NCBI GenBank assembly: GCA_966211575.1
Contig: CBIHOK010000002.1
Coordinates: 2,322 to 66,321, forward strand
DNA length: 64,000 nucleotides
Origin: an uncultured Noviherbaspirillum sp.
GTDB lineage: Bacteria; Pseudomonadota; Gammaproteobacteria; Burkholderiales; Burkholderiaceae_D
Direction of reading: 5' to 3'
Below the pieces are notes generated by a model that was given only the letters and a program-made list of their open reading frames with translations, was not told where the DNA came from and searched no databases. The position numbers were made by a program, and so were the translations under genes. This document shows, piece after piece, positions 11,050-24,511 of this stretch. Every line of letters starts with the position of its first letter. The stretch's first letter is position 1.

Positions 11050-11976
11050 TCAGCCGAAATCGGCCAGCGACCGGTAATTGTTCATCGCCAGTGTGGCGCT
11101 GCCGTCGCGCGCTTGCAATCTGGCGCGGGAGCCGACCGCCAGCGTCGCCTTGTCCGGCACATGACCGAAAGGCAGGCCGCGCAAAACAGGAATCCCGAGG
11201 CGCTCCCGCAGGTAGCGGAACATCGTGTCGAGATCGTAGCCGTTGTCGTAATCGCTGAGCCGATACCCGGAAAAATCGCCGCACAGAATCGCCCGCTGGC
11301 GCAGCGCGCCGGCATGCTGCAACTGTAGCAACATGCGCTCGATCCGGTAAGGATGTTCGTTGACATCCTCGATGAACAGGATGCCGTCTTCGATGGGCGG
11401 CAGGTAGGGTGTGCCGGAGAGATGGGCGAGCATCGCCAGGTTGCCGCCCCACAGCGTTCCTTCGACGTCAACTTCCTGCATGCAGTCGGTGCGGAACGTC
11501 AGCGTATGCCGCGGCCCTTGCAAGCAGGTATCGAACTGCCGCATCGTGAACTCGCTCGGTTCGCTGCGCGAGAAATCGGCACAGATCATCGGGCCGGCAA
11601 AACTGCCGGCGCCCTGCCGTGCCAGCAATCCCATCTGCAATGCGGTGAAGTCGCTGTGCCCGACGAACAGCTTGCCGCTGCTTGCCAGCAGGGCGAAGTC
11701 GATTTCCGGCAGCAGCCGCGACAAGCCGTAGCCGCCGCGCAGCGCCAGCACGACCTGCACTTCATCGTCGGCCGCTGCGGCGTGGAGTTGCGCTAGCCGC
11801 TCGGCGTCGGTGCCGCCGAAGCGCTGGTGCCGAAGCGCGGGATTGGTGAAATCGCGCACCGCGCACCCTCGGGCCTGCAGTCGGGATATCGCCAGCTCCA
11901 CTGCGGCAGGTTCCGGCGCATAACCGCTGGGCGCGACGATCCCGACCGTGGCCTTCCATGCCGACTCGACGCTCAC
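11050..11976 (-). CDS. ldcA: Muramoyltetrapeptide LD-carboxypeptidase (peptidase S66)
   Basis: ALRGGYGLSRLL, GHSDFT (catalytic Ser), GGNL, LFIEDVNEHPYRIERML, PFGH. Confidence 0.93.
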   Translation of the reverse strand: MSVESAWKATVGIVAPSGYAPEPAAVELAISRLQARGCAVRDFTNPALRHQRFGGTDAERLAQLHAAAADDEVQVVLALRGGYGLSRLLPEIDFALLASSGKLFVGHSDFTALQMGLLARQGAGSFAGPMICADFSRSEPSEFTMRQFDTCLQGPRHTLTFRTDCMQEVDVEGTLWGGNLAMLAHLSGTPYLPPIEDGILFIEDVNEHPYRIERMLLQLQHAGALRQRAILCGDFSGYRLSDYDNGYDLDTMFRYLRERLGIPVLRGLPFGHVPDKATLAVGSRARLQARDGSATLAMNNYRSLADFG

Positions 11977-11977
11977 G

Positions 11978-12906
<929 letters not shown>

Positions 12907-12907
12907 G

Positions 12908-13543
12908 TCAGGGGATTTGCAAGAGTTTGTGCGTCTGCAGGCTCAGCTTCCAACGCGGGTGGCGCTTGCAGAAGTCGATCGCGAGCCGGGTATTCTGCTC
13001 CAGATCGGGGCCGTCCATCGGCTGCACGTAAAAATGGTCGAACGCCAGTCCTTCATAATCGGCGAGCGCCTGTCCCTGTTGCGGAATCACCGCTTTCAAT
13101 TCATTGCCGGCAAGAACACGCAACTCTGAGCCGACCTTCGGACTCACGCAGATCCAATCGACACCCGCCGGAACCGGCAGGGTACCGTTGGTCTCGATCG
13201 CGATTTCGAAGCCGCGCGCATGCATGCTGTCGATCAGCGGGGCATCGAGTTGCAGCAGCGGCTCGCCGCCGGTGAACACGACAAAGCGGTGCGCATGCGC
13301 CGGACTGGGCCACAGGGCTTCCACCGCCTGCGCCAGCGCCTCGGGGTCGCGGAATTTCCCGCCGCCAATGCCGTCGGTACCGACAAAATCGGTATCGCAA
13401 AAACGGCATACTGCCTGCGCCCGGTCCTCTTCCCGACCGGACCACAGATTGCAACCGGAAAAACGGCAGAATACCGCCGGCCGGCCAGCATGCGTGCCCT
13501 CGCCCTGCAAGGTATAAAACATTTCCTTGACGCTGTAACTCAC
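12908..13543 (-). CDS. queE: 7-carboxy-7-deazaguanine synthase (radical SAM)
   Basis: KEMFYTLQGEG, CX14CX2C Fe-S motif, TGGEPLLQ, IETNGT, WICVSPK, LSLQTHK. GTG start at 13543. Confidence 0.95.
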   Translation of the reverse strand: MSYSVKEMFYTLQGEGTHAGRPAVFCRFSGCNLWSGREEDRAQAVCRFCDTDFVGTDGIGGGKFRDPEALAQAVEALWPSPAHAHRFVVFTGGEPLLQLDAPLIDSMHARGFEIAIETNGTLPVPAGVDWICVSPKVGSELRVLAGNELKAVIPQQGQALADYEGLAFDHFYVQPMDGPDLEQNTRLAIDFCKRHPRWKLSLQTHKLLQIP

Positions 13544-13598
13544 GATGCTGCGCGCTCCCGCTCCGAATGCCGTTGCCGGCATTCGTTGGCGGACAGCG

Positions 13599-15179
13599 CT
13601 ACTCCCATTCGATGGTGGCCGGCGGTTTGCCGGAGATGTCGTACACCACGCGGTTCAGCCCGCGCACTTCGTTGATGATGCGGTTCGAGACCTTGCCGAG
13701 CAGTTCGTGCGGCAGATGCGCCCAGTGCGCGGTCATGAAATCCTGCGTCTGCACCGCGCGCAGTGCGACCACATATTCGTAGGTGCGGCCGTCGCCCATC
13801 ACGCCCACCGACTTCACCGGGAGGAACACCGCGAATGCCTGGCTGGTCTTGTCGTACCAGGAGCGACCTTCTTCGTCGATCGTCGCGCGCAGCTCCTCGA
13901 TGAAGATCGCATCGGCTCGCCGCAGCAGATCCGCATACTCCTTCTTCACCTCGCCCAGGATACGCACCCCGAGGCCGGGGCCCGGGAACGGATGGCGGTA
14001 GACCATGTCGTGGGGCAGGCCGAGCGCGACGCCCAGTTCCCGCACCTCGTCCTTGAACAATTCGCGCAGCGGCTCCAGCAGTTTCAGGTTCAGGGTTTCC
14101 GGCAAACCGCCGACGTTGTGGTGGCTCTTGATCGTGTGCGCGCCCTTCTTGCCCTTGCCGGCGCTTTCGATCACGTCCGGATAAATCGTTCCCTGCGCCA
14201 GCCATTTCGCGTTTTTCAGCTTGCCGGCCTGTTCCTGGAACACCTCGACGAATTCGCGCCCGATGATCTTGCGCTTCGCTTCGGGGTCGGTGACACCGGC
14301 CAGCTTGTCCATGAACTGGGCGGTTGCGTCGACGTGGATCACCTTCACGCCGAGGTTCCTGGCGAACATGTTCATCACCATTTCGCCCTCGTTCAGGCGC
14401 AATAGTCCATGGTCGACGAACACGCAGGTCAGCTGGTCGCCGATCGCGCGGTGGATCAGCGCGGCCGCCACGCTGCTGTCGACGCCGCCCGACAAGCCGA
14501 GAATGACTTCGTCGTCGCCCACCTGGCGGCGGATCGCTTCCACCGCTTCGGCGATGTAGTCGGGCATGTTCCAGTCCGACCTGCAGCCGCAAATCTCGTG
14601 CACGAAACGCGACAGGATTGCCTTGCCCTGCAAAGTATGGGTGACTTCGGGGTGGAACTGCACCGCGTACAGGCGCCGCGTTTCGTCGGCCATGCCGGCG
14701 ATCGGGCAGTTGTCGGTCGACGCCATCAGCTTGAAGCCCGGCGGCATCTCGATGATCTTGTCGCCATGGCTCATCCACACCTTCAGCATGCCATGCCCCT
14801 CGGGGGTCGCGAAGTCGCTGATGCCGTTCAGCAGCGCGGTATGGCCGCGCGCGCGCACCTCGGCATATCCGAATTCGCGCACCTTCCCGCTTTCCACCTT
14901 GCCGCCGAGCTGCTCGGCCATGGTCTGCATTCCATAGCAGATGCCGAGCACCGGCACTCCCGCCTCGAATACCGCCTTCGGTGCGCGCGGCGTGTCGCCT
15001 TCGGTCACCGAATTCGGGCCGCCGGAAAGGATGATGCCGGCGGCGCCGTAATTGCGCACGAATTCGTCGCTGACATCATGCGGATACACCTCGGAGAACA
15101 CGCCGCTTTCACGCACCCGGCGCGCAATCAGCTGGGTGACCTGGGAGCCGAAATCGAGGATCAGAATTTTTGAGTGCAT
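13599..15179 (-). CDS. guaA: GMP synthase (glutamine-hydrolysing)
   Basis: [52 protein letters not shown] end. Confidence 0.98.
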   Translation of the reverse strand: MHSKILILDFGSQVTQLIARRVRESGVFSEVYPHDVSDEFVRNYGAAGIILSGGPNSVTEGDTPRAPKAVFEAGVPVLGICYGMQTMAEQLGGKVESGKVREFGYAEVRARGHTALLNGISDFATPEGHGMLKVWMSHGDKIIEMPPGFKLMASTDNCPIAGMADETRRLYAVQFHPEVTHTLQGKAILSRFVHEICGCRSDWNMPDYIAEAVEAIRRQVGDDEVILGLSGGVDSSVAAALIHRAIGDQLTCVFVDHGLLRLNEGEMVMNMFARNLGVKVIHVDATAQFMDKLAGVTDPEAKRKIIGREFVEVFQEQAGKLKNAKWLAQGTIYPDVIESAGKGKKGAHTIKSHHNVGGLPETLNLKLLEPLRELFKDEVRELGVALGLPHDMVYRHPFPGPGLGVRILGEVKKEYADLLRRADAIFIEELRATIDEEGRSWYDKTSQAFAVFLPVKSVGVMGDGRTYEYVVALRAVQTQDFMTAHWAHLPHELLGKVSNRIINEVRGLNRVVYDISGKPPATIEWE

Positions 15180-15408
15180 GGGGTAGTGGTAAGGATCAGG
15201 ATAAATCGGTTTCTTTTGCCATCGCGCCCGCCGTACGCCGCGCTCGGAGCTTGCCGAGGCACACGGCAAGGACGCCTGTCACGCGGCTGTTGACTGTATG
15301 ACGCGTTGGTCGGAAATCGTCCTCGCGGCAATCAGCGTAGCGCGCCGCGGCCGCGGTCGGGCGGCCGGCGACTTCGCCATCCGCGTCGGCGGCACGCCCT
15401 GGAAAAGG

Positions 15409-16869
15409 CTAGTCGGCGCGATAGTTCGGCGCTTCCTTCGTGATCTGCACGTCATGCACATGCGACTCGCGCATGCCGGCGGCGGTGATCTCGACGAACT
15501 CCGCCTTTTCCCGGAATTCGTCTATCGTCGCGCAACCGCAATAACCCATCGACGAGCGTACCCCGCCGACCAGCTGGTACAGGATCGCCAGCACGCTGCC
15601 CTTGTACGGCACGCGCCCTTCGATCCCCTCCGGCACCAGCTTGTCCGCGTTGTTCGACGCGTCCTGGAAATAACGGTCGGCAGAACCTTCGGACATTGCG
15701 CCCAGGCTGCCCATGCCACGATAGGACTTGTAGCTGCGCCCCTGGAACAGGATCACTTCGCCCGGCGCTTCCTCGGTGCCGGCGAACATGCTGCCCATCA
15801 TGACACTGGACGCCCCGGCCGCGAGTGCCTTCGCCACGTCGCCCGAGAAGCGGATGCCACCGTCGGCGATGCAAGGCACATCGCTATCCTTGAGCGCCTG
15901 CGACACGTTGGAGATCGCGGTGATCTGCGGGACGCCGACACCGGCGACGATGCGGGTGGTGCAGATCGATCCCGGACCGATCCCCACCTTCACGCCATCG
16001 GCGCCGTGCTCGACCAGCGCGACGGCTGCCGCCGCGGTGGCGATGTTGCCGCCGATGACGTCGACCTTCGGATAATTGTTCTTCACCCAGCGCACCCGCT
16101 CCAGCACGCCTTTCGAATGGCCGTGCGCGGTATCGACCACGAGCACGTCGACACCGGCCTTCACCAGCAGCTCGATCCGTTCGTCGTTGTCCGGGCCGAC
16201 GCCGACCGCCGCGCCGACGCGCAGCTTGCCGTGCTCATCCTTGCTCGCGTTCGGATGCTCGGTCGATTTCTGGATATCCTTGGCGGTAATCAGCCCGCGC
16301 AATTCGAATGCGTCGTTGACGACGAGCACCCGCTCCAGCCGATGCTTGTTCATCAGCCGTTTGGCTTCCGCCAGTTCCGCGCCCTCCTTCACGTACACCA
16401 GCTTTTCGCGCGGCGTCATCTTGGCGCGCACCTCGGCATCCAGCTCCCCCTCGAAACGCAGGTCGCGATTGGTGATGATGCCGACCACCCGCTTGCCCTC
16501 GACTACCGGGAAACCGCTGATTCCATGCTGCTCGGACAGCGCCATCACGTCGCGAATCTTCATCGTTGGCGGAATCGTGATCGGATCGCGCACCACGCCG
16601 GACTCGAAGCGCTTGACCTTGGCGACTTCACGCGCCTGCTCTTGCGGCTTCAGATTCTTGTGCACGATACCGATGCCGCCCTCCTGCGCCATTGCGATCG
16701 CGAGCCGCGCCTCGGTCACGGTATCCATCGCCGCCGACAGCAACGGGATGTTCAGCGTGATGTTGCGGGTGAGGCGCGTTTTGAGGGAAGTGTCTTTGGG
16801 GAGGATGTCCGAATGGGCCGGAACGAGCAGCACATCATCGAACGTGAGTGCTTTCTGGAGGAGACGCAT
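15409..16869 (-). CDS. guaB: IMP dehydrogenase
   Basis: [22 protein letters not shown] pair, [18 protein letters not shown] (catalytic Cys), YRGMGS. Confidence 0.98.
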   Translation of the reverse strand: MRLLQKALTFDDVLLVPAHSDILPKDTSLKTRLTRNITLNIPLLSAAMDTVTEARLAIAMAQEGGIGIVHKNLKPQEQAREVAKVKRFESGVVRDPITIPPTMKIRDVMALSEQHGISGFPVVEGKRVVGIITNRDLRFEGELDAEVRAKMTPREKLVYVKEGAELAEAKRLMNKHRLERVLVVNDAFELRGLITAKDIQKSTEHPNASKDEHGKLRVGAAVGVGPDNDERIELLVKAGVDVLVVDTAHGHSKGVLERVRWVKNNYPKVDVIGGNIATAAAAVALVEHGADGVKVGIGPGSICTTRIVAGVGVPQITAISNVSQALKDSDVPCIADGGIRFSGDVAKALAAGASSVMMGSMFAGTEEAPGEVILFQGRSYKSYRGMGSLGAMSEGSADRYFQDASNNADKLVPEGIEGRVPYKGSVLAILYQLVGGVRSSMGYCGCATIDEFREKAEFVEITAAGMRESHVHDVQITKEAPNYRAD

Positions 16870-16895
16870 AGTGATTCCTATAGGCGCAAAGCCGC

Positions 16896-16901
16896 ATTAT
16901 A
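16896..16901 (-). promoter_or_regulatory. -10 element candidate for guaB
   Basis: Consensus TATAAT on the minus strand 27 nt upstream of the ATG; no clear -35. Confidence 0.45.
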
Positions 16902-17024
16902 CAGAAATCCTTCAAATTCGTCGTTTTCGACAGCACGAAAAATCCGGTTTGGCAAGCTTGCGCCAATTGACAGCATACGGAAAGCATGGCGAAATCCGGT
17001 TATGTTCGGTTTGCAAGGATTGTC

Positions 17025-17516
17025 ATGCGCTCGTCACGCCCAGGATCTCTCGCCGCGATGCTTGCCGTTGCGGCCATTGCGCTTCCGTGCAGCGCGCAGT
17101 ACGCGTGGACCGATCAAAACGGCATCCGCCAATACTCCGATCGCCCACCGCCCGCGTCGGTACCGGCCGATCGCATACTCGACCGCCGGGGCGGCACGTC
17201 TTCGGCCGCCAGGGAAGCCACGCCGCCCTCCACATCCGCAAGCCATGAAAAAACACCCACGCTCGCAGAGAGAAACGCCGAGTTCCTGAAGCGGCGCGCC
17301 GAGCAGGCGGAAAAGGACAAGAAAGCCGCCGAGCAGGCCAGGCTCGACAAGGAAAATGCGAAGAGCTGCGAGCGGGCGCGCCGTTACCAGCAGACGCTGG
17401 CATCCGGCCAGCGGGTAGCCACGACCGCCAGCAACGGCGAGCGCGCCTACCTGACGGACCAGCAGCGTTCCGATGAACTGCGCGACGTTGCGCGTGTCCT
17501 GGAGAAGTGCCGCTGA
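17025..17516 (+). CDS. DUF4124-like exported protein
   Basis: Signal-peptide-like N-terminus, then YAWTDQNGIRQYSDRPPP (DUF4124 pattern), coiled-coil and a C-terminal Cys pair. Confidence 0.82.
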   Translation: MRSSRPGSLAAMLAVAAIALPCSAQYAWTDQNGIRQYSDRPPPASVPADRILDRRGGTSSAAREATPPSTSASHEKTPTLAERNAEFLKRRAEQAEKDKKAAEQARLDKENAKSCERARRYQQTLASGQRVATTASNGERAYLTDQQRSDELRDVARVLEKCR

Positions 17517-17596
17517 TTTCTGGGCAACGCTGCAGGCAGCGCGCGACGCTGACAGCCGAGTTTGGCAAGATATACAGCGAAGACTTGTCACCGAGG

Positions 17597-17890
17597 TTAG
17601 CTTATCTTTTCCGCCCGTTTGCCGGCCCGGCGGCGGCGCGCCTCCTTCGGGTCGGCTATCAGCGGCCGGTAGATTTCTATCCGATCATTCTCGCGCACTT
17701 CGGCATCCGACGTCTTCAGCTTGCCGTACACACCGACCCGGCACCGTTCCAGATCGATCTCCGGCACCTCCGCCGGCAAGCCGCTGAGCTTCACCGCGGC
17801 GCCGAGCGTGGTTCCCGCCGGAACCGCGAGCTCTTTCAGATACTGCCGCTGCGGCGTTGCGTAGCACACCTGCACTCGTATTTCAGCCAT
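17597..17890 (-). CDS. ratB: RnfH/RatB (PasI) ubiquitin-like protein
   Basis: VGVYGK, DRIEIYRPLIADPKEARRRRA; downstream of and overlapping ratA. Confidence 0.92.
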   Translation of the reverse strand: MAEIRVQVCYATPQRQYLKELAVPAGTTLGAAVKLSGLPAEVPEIDLERCRVGVYGKLKTSDAEVRENDRIEIYRPLIADPKEARRRRAGKRAEKIS

Positions 17891-18314
17891 ACACTGTTTC
17901 CGCCCGCCGGCAGAAGGAATCGACAAAGCTATTGGCAATCATGTTGAATACCGGACCGATGATCCGTTCCAGCACCTTGCCTGAAAACTCGTATTGCAGA
18001 TCGAACTCGATCTTGCATGCATCGGCCCGCAGCGGCCGGAAACTCCAGGTGCCGGCCAACTGCTTGAAAGGCCCGTCGATCAGCGACATATGGATCGCCG
18101 TCGGAGGCGTATTCCTGTTCTCGGTGGTGAATGACTGGCGCACGCCGTGGTAATTGATGGTCAAGGTGGCCACCACCCGCTCGCCGTCGCGCGTTTTCAC
18201 TTCGGCCCCGCCGCACCACGGCAGGAACTTCGGATAGTCCTCGATCTTGTCGACCAGCGCGAACATCTGCTCGGCGCTATAGGCAAGCAATACGGACTTG
18301 TGCACAACCGCCAT
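17883..18314 (-). CDS. ratA: RatA/PasT START-domain (Coq10-like) protein
   Basis: [48 protein letters not shown]; divergent from smpB. Confidence 0.93.
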   Translation of the reverse strand: MAVVHKSVLLAYSAEQMFALVDKIEDYPKFLPWCGGAEVKTRDGERVVATLTINYHGVRQSFTTENRNTPPTAIHMSLIDGPFKQLAGTWSFRPLRADACKIEFDLQYEFSGKVLERIIGPVFNMIANSFVDSFCRRAETVYG

Positions 18315-18329
18315 CGATAAACAACCCTT

Positions 18330-18338
18330 TGATAGAAT
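18330..18338 (+). promoter_or_regulatory. Extended -10 candidate for smpB
   Basis: TGA-TAGAAT about 45 nt upstream of the smpB ATG. Confidence 0.5.
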
Positions 18339-18349
18339 GATAGGTTCGA

Positions 18350-18355
18350 ATTCTA
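18350..18355 (-). promoter_or_regulatory. -10 candidate for ratA-ratB
   Basis: TAGAAT on the minus strand 36 nt upstream of the ratA ATG. Confidence 0.45.
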
Positions 18356-18381
18356 ACCGAGCAGCTCCGTTTCCGACCTTC

Positions 18382-18831
18382 ATGACCATCGTTGACAATA
18401 AAAAAGCCTTCCATGATTACTTCATCGAGGAGCGCTATGAAGCGGGCATGGTGCTGGAAGGCTGGGAAGTCAAATCGATCCGGGCCGGCCGCGTACAACT
18501 CAAGGAAGCCTACGTCATTGTACGCGCGGGGGAAATCTATCTGCTCGGTTCGCACATCAGTCCGCTGCCGACCGCCTCGACCCATATCCATCCAGACCCC
18601 GTGCGGACCCGCAAGTTGCTGCTGAACGGCGAAGAAATCAAGAAACTGATCGGCAAGGTCGAGCGTGCCGGCTACACGCTGGTGCCATTGAACCTGCACT
18701 ACGGCAAGGGCCGCATCAAATGCGAAATCGGGCTCGCCAAGGGCAAGAAGCAGCATGACAAGCGCGAAAGCGAAAAGCAGCGCGACTGGCAGCGCGAACG
18801 CCAGACGATCATGAAACAGAACCGGCGCTAG
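18382..18831 (+). CDS. smpB: SsrA-binding protein
   Basis: [42 protein letters not shown]. Confidence 0.98.
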   Translation: MTIVDNKKAFHDYFIEERYEAGMVLEGWEVKSIRAGRVQLKEAYVIVRAGEIYLLGSHISPLPTASTHIHPDPVRTRKLLLNGEEIKKLIGKVERAGYTLVPLNLHYGKGRIKCEIGLAKGKKQHDKRESEKQRDWQRERQTIMKQNRR

Positions 18832-18863
18832 CCCGTCTGGCCAGACGATGGCTGTTGCCGGCC

Positions 18864-18903
18864 GCAAAAAGAAAGCCCTCGCAACCTGACGGTGAACGAG
18901 GGC
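18864..18903 (-). terminator. Rho-independent terminator on the minus strand
   Basis: GCCCTCG-(15 nt)-CGAGGGC followed by TTTCTTTTT on the minus strand. Confidence 0.7.
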
Positions 18904-19086
18904 ACAACACTATCGACAAAGCTGTTTTGGGTTTTTGTTGTCCGGGAACAAGCTGCCCCAAGTCTAATTCAAAATGATACGGCACCCAAGCCGATCGCCG
19001 CGTATTTTTGCTCATTTGCAACACGCAGCGACCAAGCAGATCCCAACCGGAAACGCGCCTGAATCCGCGCGCTCCGGTCTCGGGGG

Positions 19087-21516
<2,430 letters not shown>

Positions 21517-21690
21517 AACAACCCCTGGTTTGATGGTAAGAAATCTTCATATGCATCTTCGCCCGCCGTAGTTTTGTTATTCTTCTCATTGGCAGCGATA
21601 CGTGAATTCATTGACTGTCATTTTACAGTTTGCAACGGCACTCCGGCCTGCGCAATCCGAACTTTTCGCGATTTACATTTGACCAATATT

Positions 21691-22542
21691 ATGCCAGAGC
21701 TTCCCCGGGTGCCCTTGCCGGCCGCCGACCGTACCGTGTTCTTCGTTTCCGATGGTACCGGAATTACCGCCGAGACTTTCGGCCATTCGGTCCTTACCCA
21801 GTTCGAGTTGCGTTTCAGACAAGTACGCCTTCCGTTCATCGACACGCTCGACAAGGCGTATGACGCGCTGCGTGAAATCAACGACACCTACGAGTCCGAC
21901 GGCAAGCTGCCGATCGTCTTTTCGACCCTGGTCAAGGCGGAACTGTCGGCGGTGGTGCGCAAGGCGCAGGGAATGCACATGGACCTGATCCATACCTTCG
22001 TCGAGCCACTGGAACAGGAACTGGGCGTCAAGTCGACGCATACCATCGGCCGTAGTCACAACATCACCGATTCGGACGACTACAAGAACCGGATCGAAGC
22101 GATCAACTTTTCGCTTGCGCACGACGACGGGCAGTCGGATCAGAATCTGGCCACCGCCGACGTCATCCTGGTCGGTGTATCGCGCTCCGGCAAGACGCCG
22201 ACCAGCCTTTACCTTGCCATGCAATATGGTGTCAAAGCCGCCAATTACCCGTTGATTCCCGAGGATTTCGAGCGCGCGAAGCTACCCGGCGACCTGTTGC
22301 AGTACAAGAAAAAGATCTTCGGCCTGTCGATTGCGCCTGACCGCCTGTCCGAAGTCCGCAACGAGCGCCGGCCCGGCAGCAAGTACGCGTCGCTCGAAAA
22401 TTGCCGTTACGAAGTCAACGAAGCCGAAAAGATGATGCGGCGTGAAGGCATACGCTGGTTGTCCTCGACGGCAAAATCGATCGAGGAAATCGCCGCCATG
22501 ATCCTGCAGGAAATCCGGCCCCATCGCCGCGCCTATTCGTAA
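21691..22542 (+). CDS. ppsR: PEP synthase regulatory kinase/pyrophosphorylase (DUF299)
   Basis: [42 protein letters not shown]; divergent from ppsA. Confidence 0.96.
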   Translation: MPELPRVPLPAADRTVFFVSDGTGITAETFGHSVLTQFELRFRQVRLPFIDTLDKAYDALREINDTYESDGKLPIVFSTLVKAELSAVVRKAQGMHMDLIHTFVEPLEQELGVKSTHTIGRSHNITDSDDYKNRIEAINFSLAHDDGQSDQNLATADVILVGVSRSGKTPTSLYLAMQYGVKAANYPLIPEDFERAKLPGDLLQYKKKIFGLSIAPDRLSEVRNERRPGSKYASLENCRYEVNEAEKMMRREGIRWLSSTAKSIEEIAAMILQEIRPHRRAYS

Positions 22543-22609
22543 CCGTTTCTTCGCAGCCCGGAGCAGTTAGCCGCGGAAAACTCCTGCCGGACATGTCCAT
22601 TCTTGCCCG

Positions 22610-22642
22610 AACCCTTACGCAACCCTTACGCAATCCTTACAT
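22610..22642 (+). repeat. Three tandem 11-bp direct repeats
   Basis: AACCCTTACGC / AACCCTTACGC / AATCCTTACAT. Confidence 0.9.
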
Positions 22643-22679
22643 CTTGATTATAAAGAGAAGGGGGAAAACGGAGACGGGC

Positions 22680-23060
22680 ATGCCGGTAATATTGATCGAA
22701 CTGATACTTTGGGCCGCGTTGCTGTTCTTTTTCTGGGTGCTGAAGGACGGATTGGGCAATGTGGAATCCGACATCGAGGCAGCCGGCCTGCTGCGGAATG
22801 GACAGCGCGGACACAAGGGCAAGCAGAATATCCGTTTCTGGCGACCGCAGAAACTGCTCGAACCAATCGGCAGTTTCCGGGGGGAACAGATTTACCGCTA
22901 CGCAGTGTTCGACGACTGCACTTGCCGCTTCGATCATATATGGCCGCCTGACAGCTTGCCGGCCCTAAGCGCAAACGAACGTTGCATCGAACCCGGAATC
23001 GTCTATCGGAAATGCGGCGCCCATGATCCGGAACCCTCTTTGCCGGATCCCGAAAAGTGA
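22680..23060 (+). CDS. Hypothetical protein with one N-terminal TM helix
   Basis: GGAG upstream of ATG 22680; hydrophobic VILIELILWAALLFFFWVL followed by a soluble domain. Confidence 0.72.
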   Translation: MPVILIELILWAALLFFFWVLKDGLGNVESDIEAAGLLRNGQRGHKGKQNIRFWRPQKLLEPIGSFRGEQIYRYAVFDDCTCRFDHIWPPDSLPALSANERCIEPGIVYRKCGAHDPEPSLPDPEK

Positions 23061-23102
23061 GCCTGCACCGTTTTCGCCCCCGGCGCAGGCAAGCAGGCGT
23101 TT

Positions 23103-23891
23103 TCAGCGGGCGGATTTCTGCCGTAACTGTTCAAAGAGGCACACTGCGGCACTGGCCGCCACATTGAGAGATTCGACCGCGCCCAGGTGTGGAATCGCCA
23201 CCCGCTGCTTGGCCAGCTGCATCAATTCGGCAGAAATTCCCTGCCCTTCATGACCGAATGCCCAAGCAACCGGCATCCGCAGGTCCATGTCGTAAATTCG
23301 GACGGATGCATGCGAACTGGTGGCCAGCAGCGGTATCCGCGCGCGCGTCATCAGTTCGACCAGATCCACATTCTCGCGGATCTGCAGTACGAAATGCGCG
23401 CCCATTCCGGCGCGCAGCACTTTGGGGGACCACGCGAAAACCGTTTTCCTGCTGCAAAACACATCGACGATTCCGGCCGCCGCCGCGCTGCGCAGGATGG
23501 AGCCCATATTCCCCGGATCCTGCAGACCGTCCAGCAAGAGCGCATCGTGTTCCAGCGAATCCGGCATCCCGGCTTGAGGCGTATCCACCAGGAACAACGG
23601 CCCCTTCCCGTGCTCGACCTGGCTCAACGCCTGATACAGCGTTGCCGACAGGCTGAGGCACGGCACTTGGGCGTCCGAACACCGTTGCAGCAGGTGTGCA
23701 ATCTCCGGGTGGGAATGCGCTGTTTCCGCGACCACGCAAAGCGCCGGCTTGCCGACGTGCTGCAGGTAGGCCTCGCACAGGTGAACTCCGTCCAGCAAGG
23801 TGCGCCCCGCCTTGCGCCTGGCTTGCGAACTGCCGGCAAGTTGCCGCAATTCCTTGTAGAGCGGATTGTCGCGCGAAGTGATCGATTTCAC
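23103..23891 (-). CDS. TrmH/SpoU family RNA methyltransferase
   Basis: [43 protein letters not shown]. Confidence 0.93.
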   Translation of the reverse strand: MKSITSRDNPLYKELRQLAGSSQARRKAGRTLLDGVHLCEAYLQHVGKPALCVVAETAHSHPEIAHLLQRCSDAQVPCLSLSATLYQALSQVEHGKGPLFLVDTPQAGMPDSLEHDALLLDGLQDPGNMGSILRSAAAAGIVDVFCSRKTVFAWSPKVLRAGMGAHFVLQIRENVDLVELMTRARIPLLATSSHASVRIYDMDLRMPVAWAFGHEGQGISAELMQLAKQRVAIPHLGAVESLNVAASAAVCLFEQLRQKSAR

Positions 23892-24511
23892 GTTGAATCC
23901 CCGGCATCGCCCAGCAGTGCGCGTACCGGTGCATACGAGCGGCGGTGTACCGCGGACACGCCATGCCGGCGCAGCAGTTCGAGATGCAGCGGAGTCGGAT
24001 AGCCCTTGTGGCGATCGAATGCATATTGCGGATAGCGTCGGTGCAAAAGCATCAGCGCGGCGTCGCGCGCAGTCTTTGCCAATATCGACGCGGCCGAAAT
24101 CGAAGCGACCTTGTCGTCACCCTTGACGATCGCTTCCGAACGCAGCGGCATCACCGGGCAGCGGTTTCCGTCGATCAAGGCAAGCGTCGGCGCAGGATTC
24201 AACCCCTCCACGGCCCGCCGCATCGCCAGCATCGTCGCCTGCAGGATATTGAGATCATCGATTTCCTGCTCCGAGCATTGCGCTATCGACCATGCCAGCG
24301 CATTGGCCTTGATTTCATCTGCAAGCGCATCGCGCCGGGCTTCGCTCAGTTTTTTCGAATCGCGCAGGCCGGCTATCGGCCGCTCCGGGTCGAGAATCAC
24401 CGCTGCCGCAAATACCGGTCCGGCGAGCGGGCCGCGGCCAGCCTCGTCCACTCCGCAGACCAGTTCGCCCGAAGAAGAAAACAGCGGCAGGTTGGCGTTG
24501 GATGTATTCAT
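23888..24511 (-). CDS. rnhB: Ribonuclease HII
   Basis: [43 protein letters not shown]. Start ATG 24511 overlaps the lpxB stop. Confidence 0.97.
   Translation of the reverse strand: MNTSNANLPLFSSSGELVCGVDEAGRGPLAGPVFAAAVILDPERPIAGLRDSKKLSEARRDALADEIKANALAWSIAQCSEQEIDDLNILQATMLAMRRAVEGLNPAPTLALIDGNRCPVMPLRSEAIVKGDDKVASISAASILAKTARDAALMLLHRRYPQYAFDRHKGYPTPLHLELLRRHGVSAVHRRSYAPVRALLGDAGDST

Noticed and set aside
13544-13612. guaA 3' end as a genomic-island integration hotspot
   Set aside because: The site is empty: only 55 nt separate guaA from queE, with no integrase or direct repeat.
17597-18314. ratA-ratB as a novel toxin-antitoxin system
   Set aside because: A well-known conserved pair in its usual position. 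RatA/PasT is a Coq10-like respiratory factor.
18834-18847. Palindrome CGTCTGGCCAGACG just after the smpB stop
   Set aside because: Single copy with no loop room or U-tail; not seen elsewhere as a REP-like repeat.
18832-19086. tmRNA (ssrA) next to smpB
   Set aside because: No tRNA-like ends or tag-peptide reading frame are visible, and the gap is shorter than a tmRNA.
22626-22974. Several overlapping minus-strand ORFs of 61-108 aa
   Set aside because: Antisense to the better-supported plus-strand membrane protein; no SD and no motifs.
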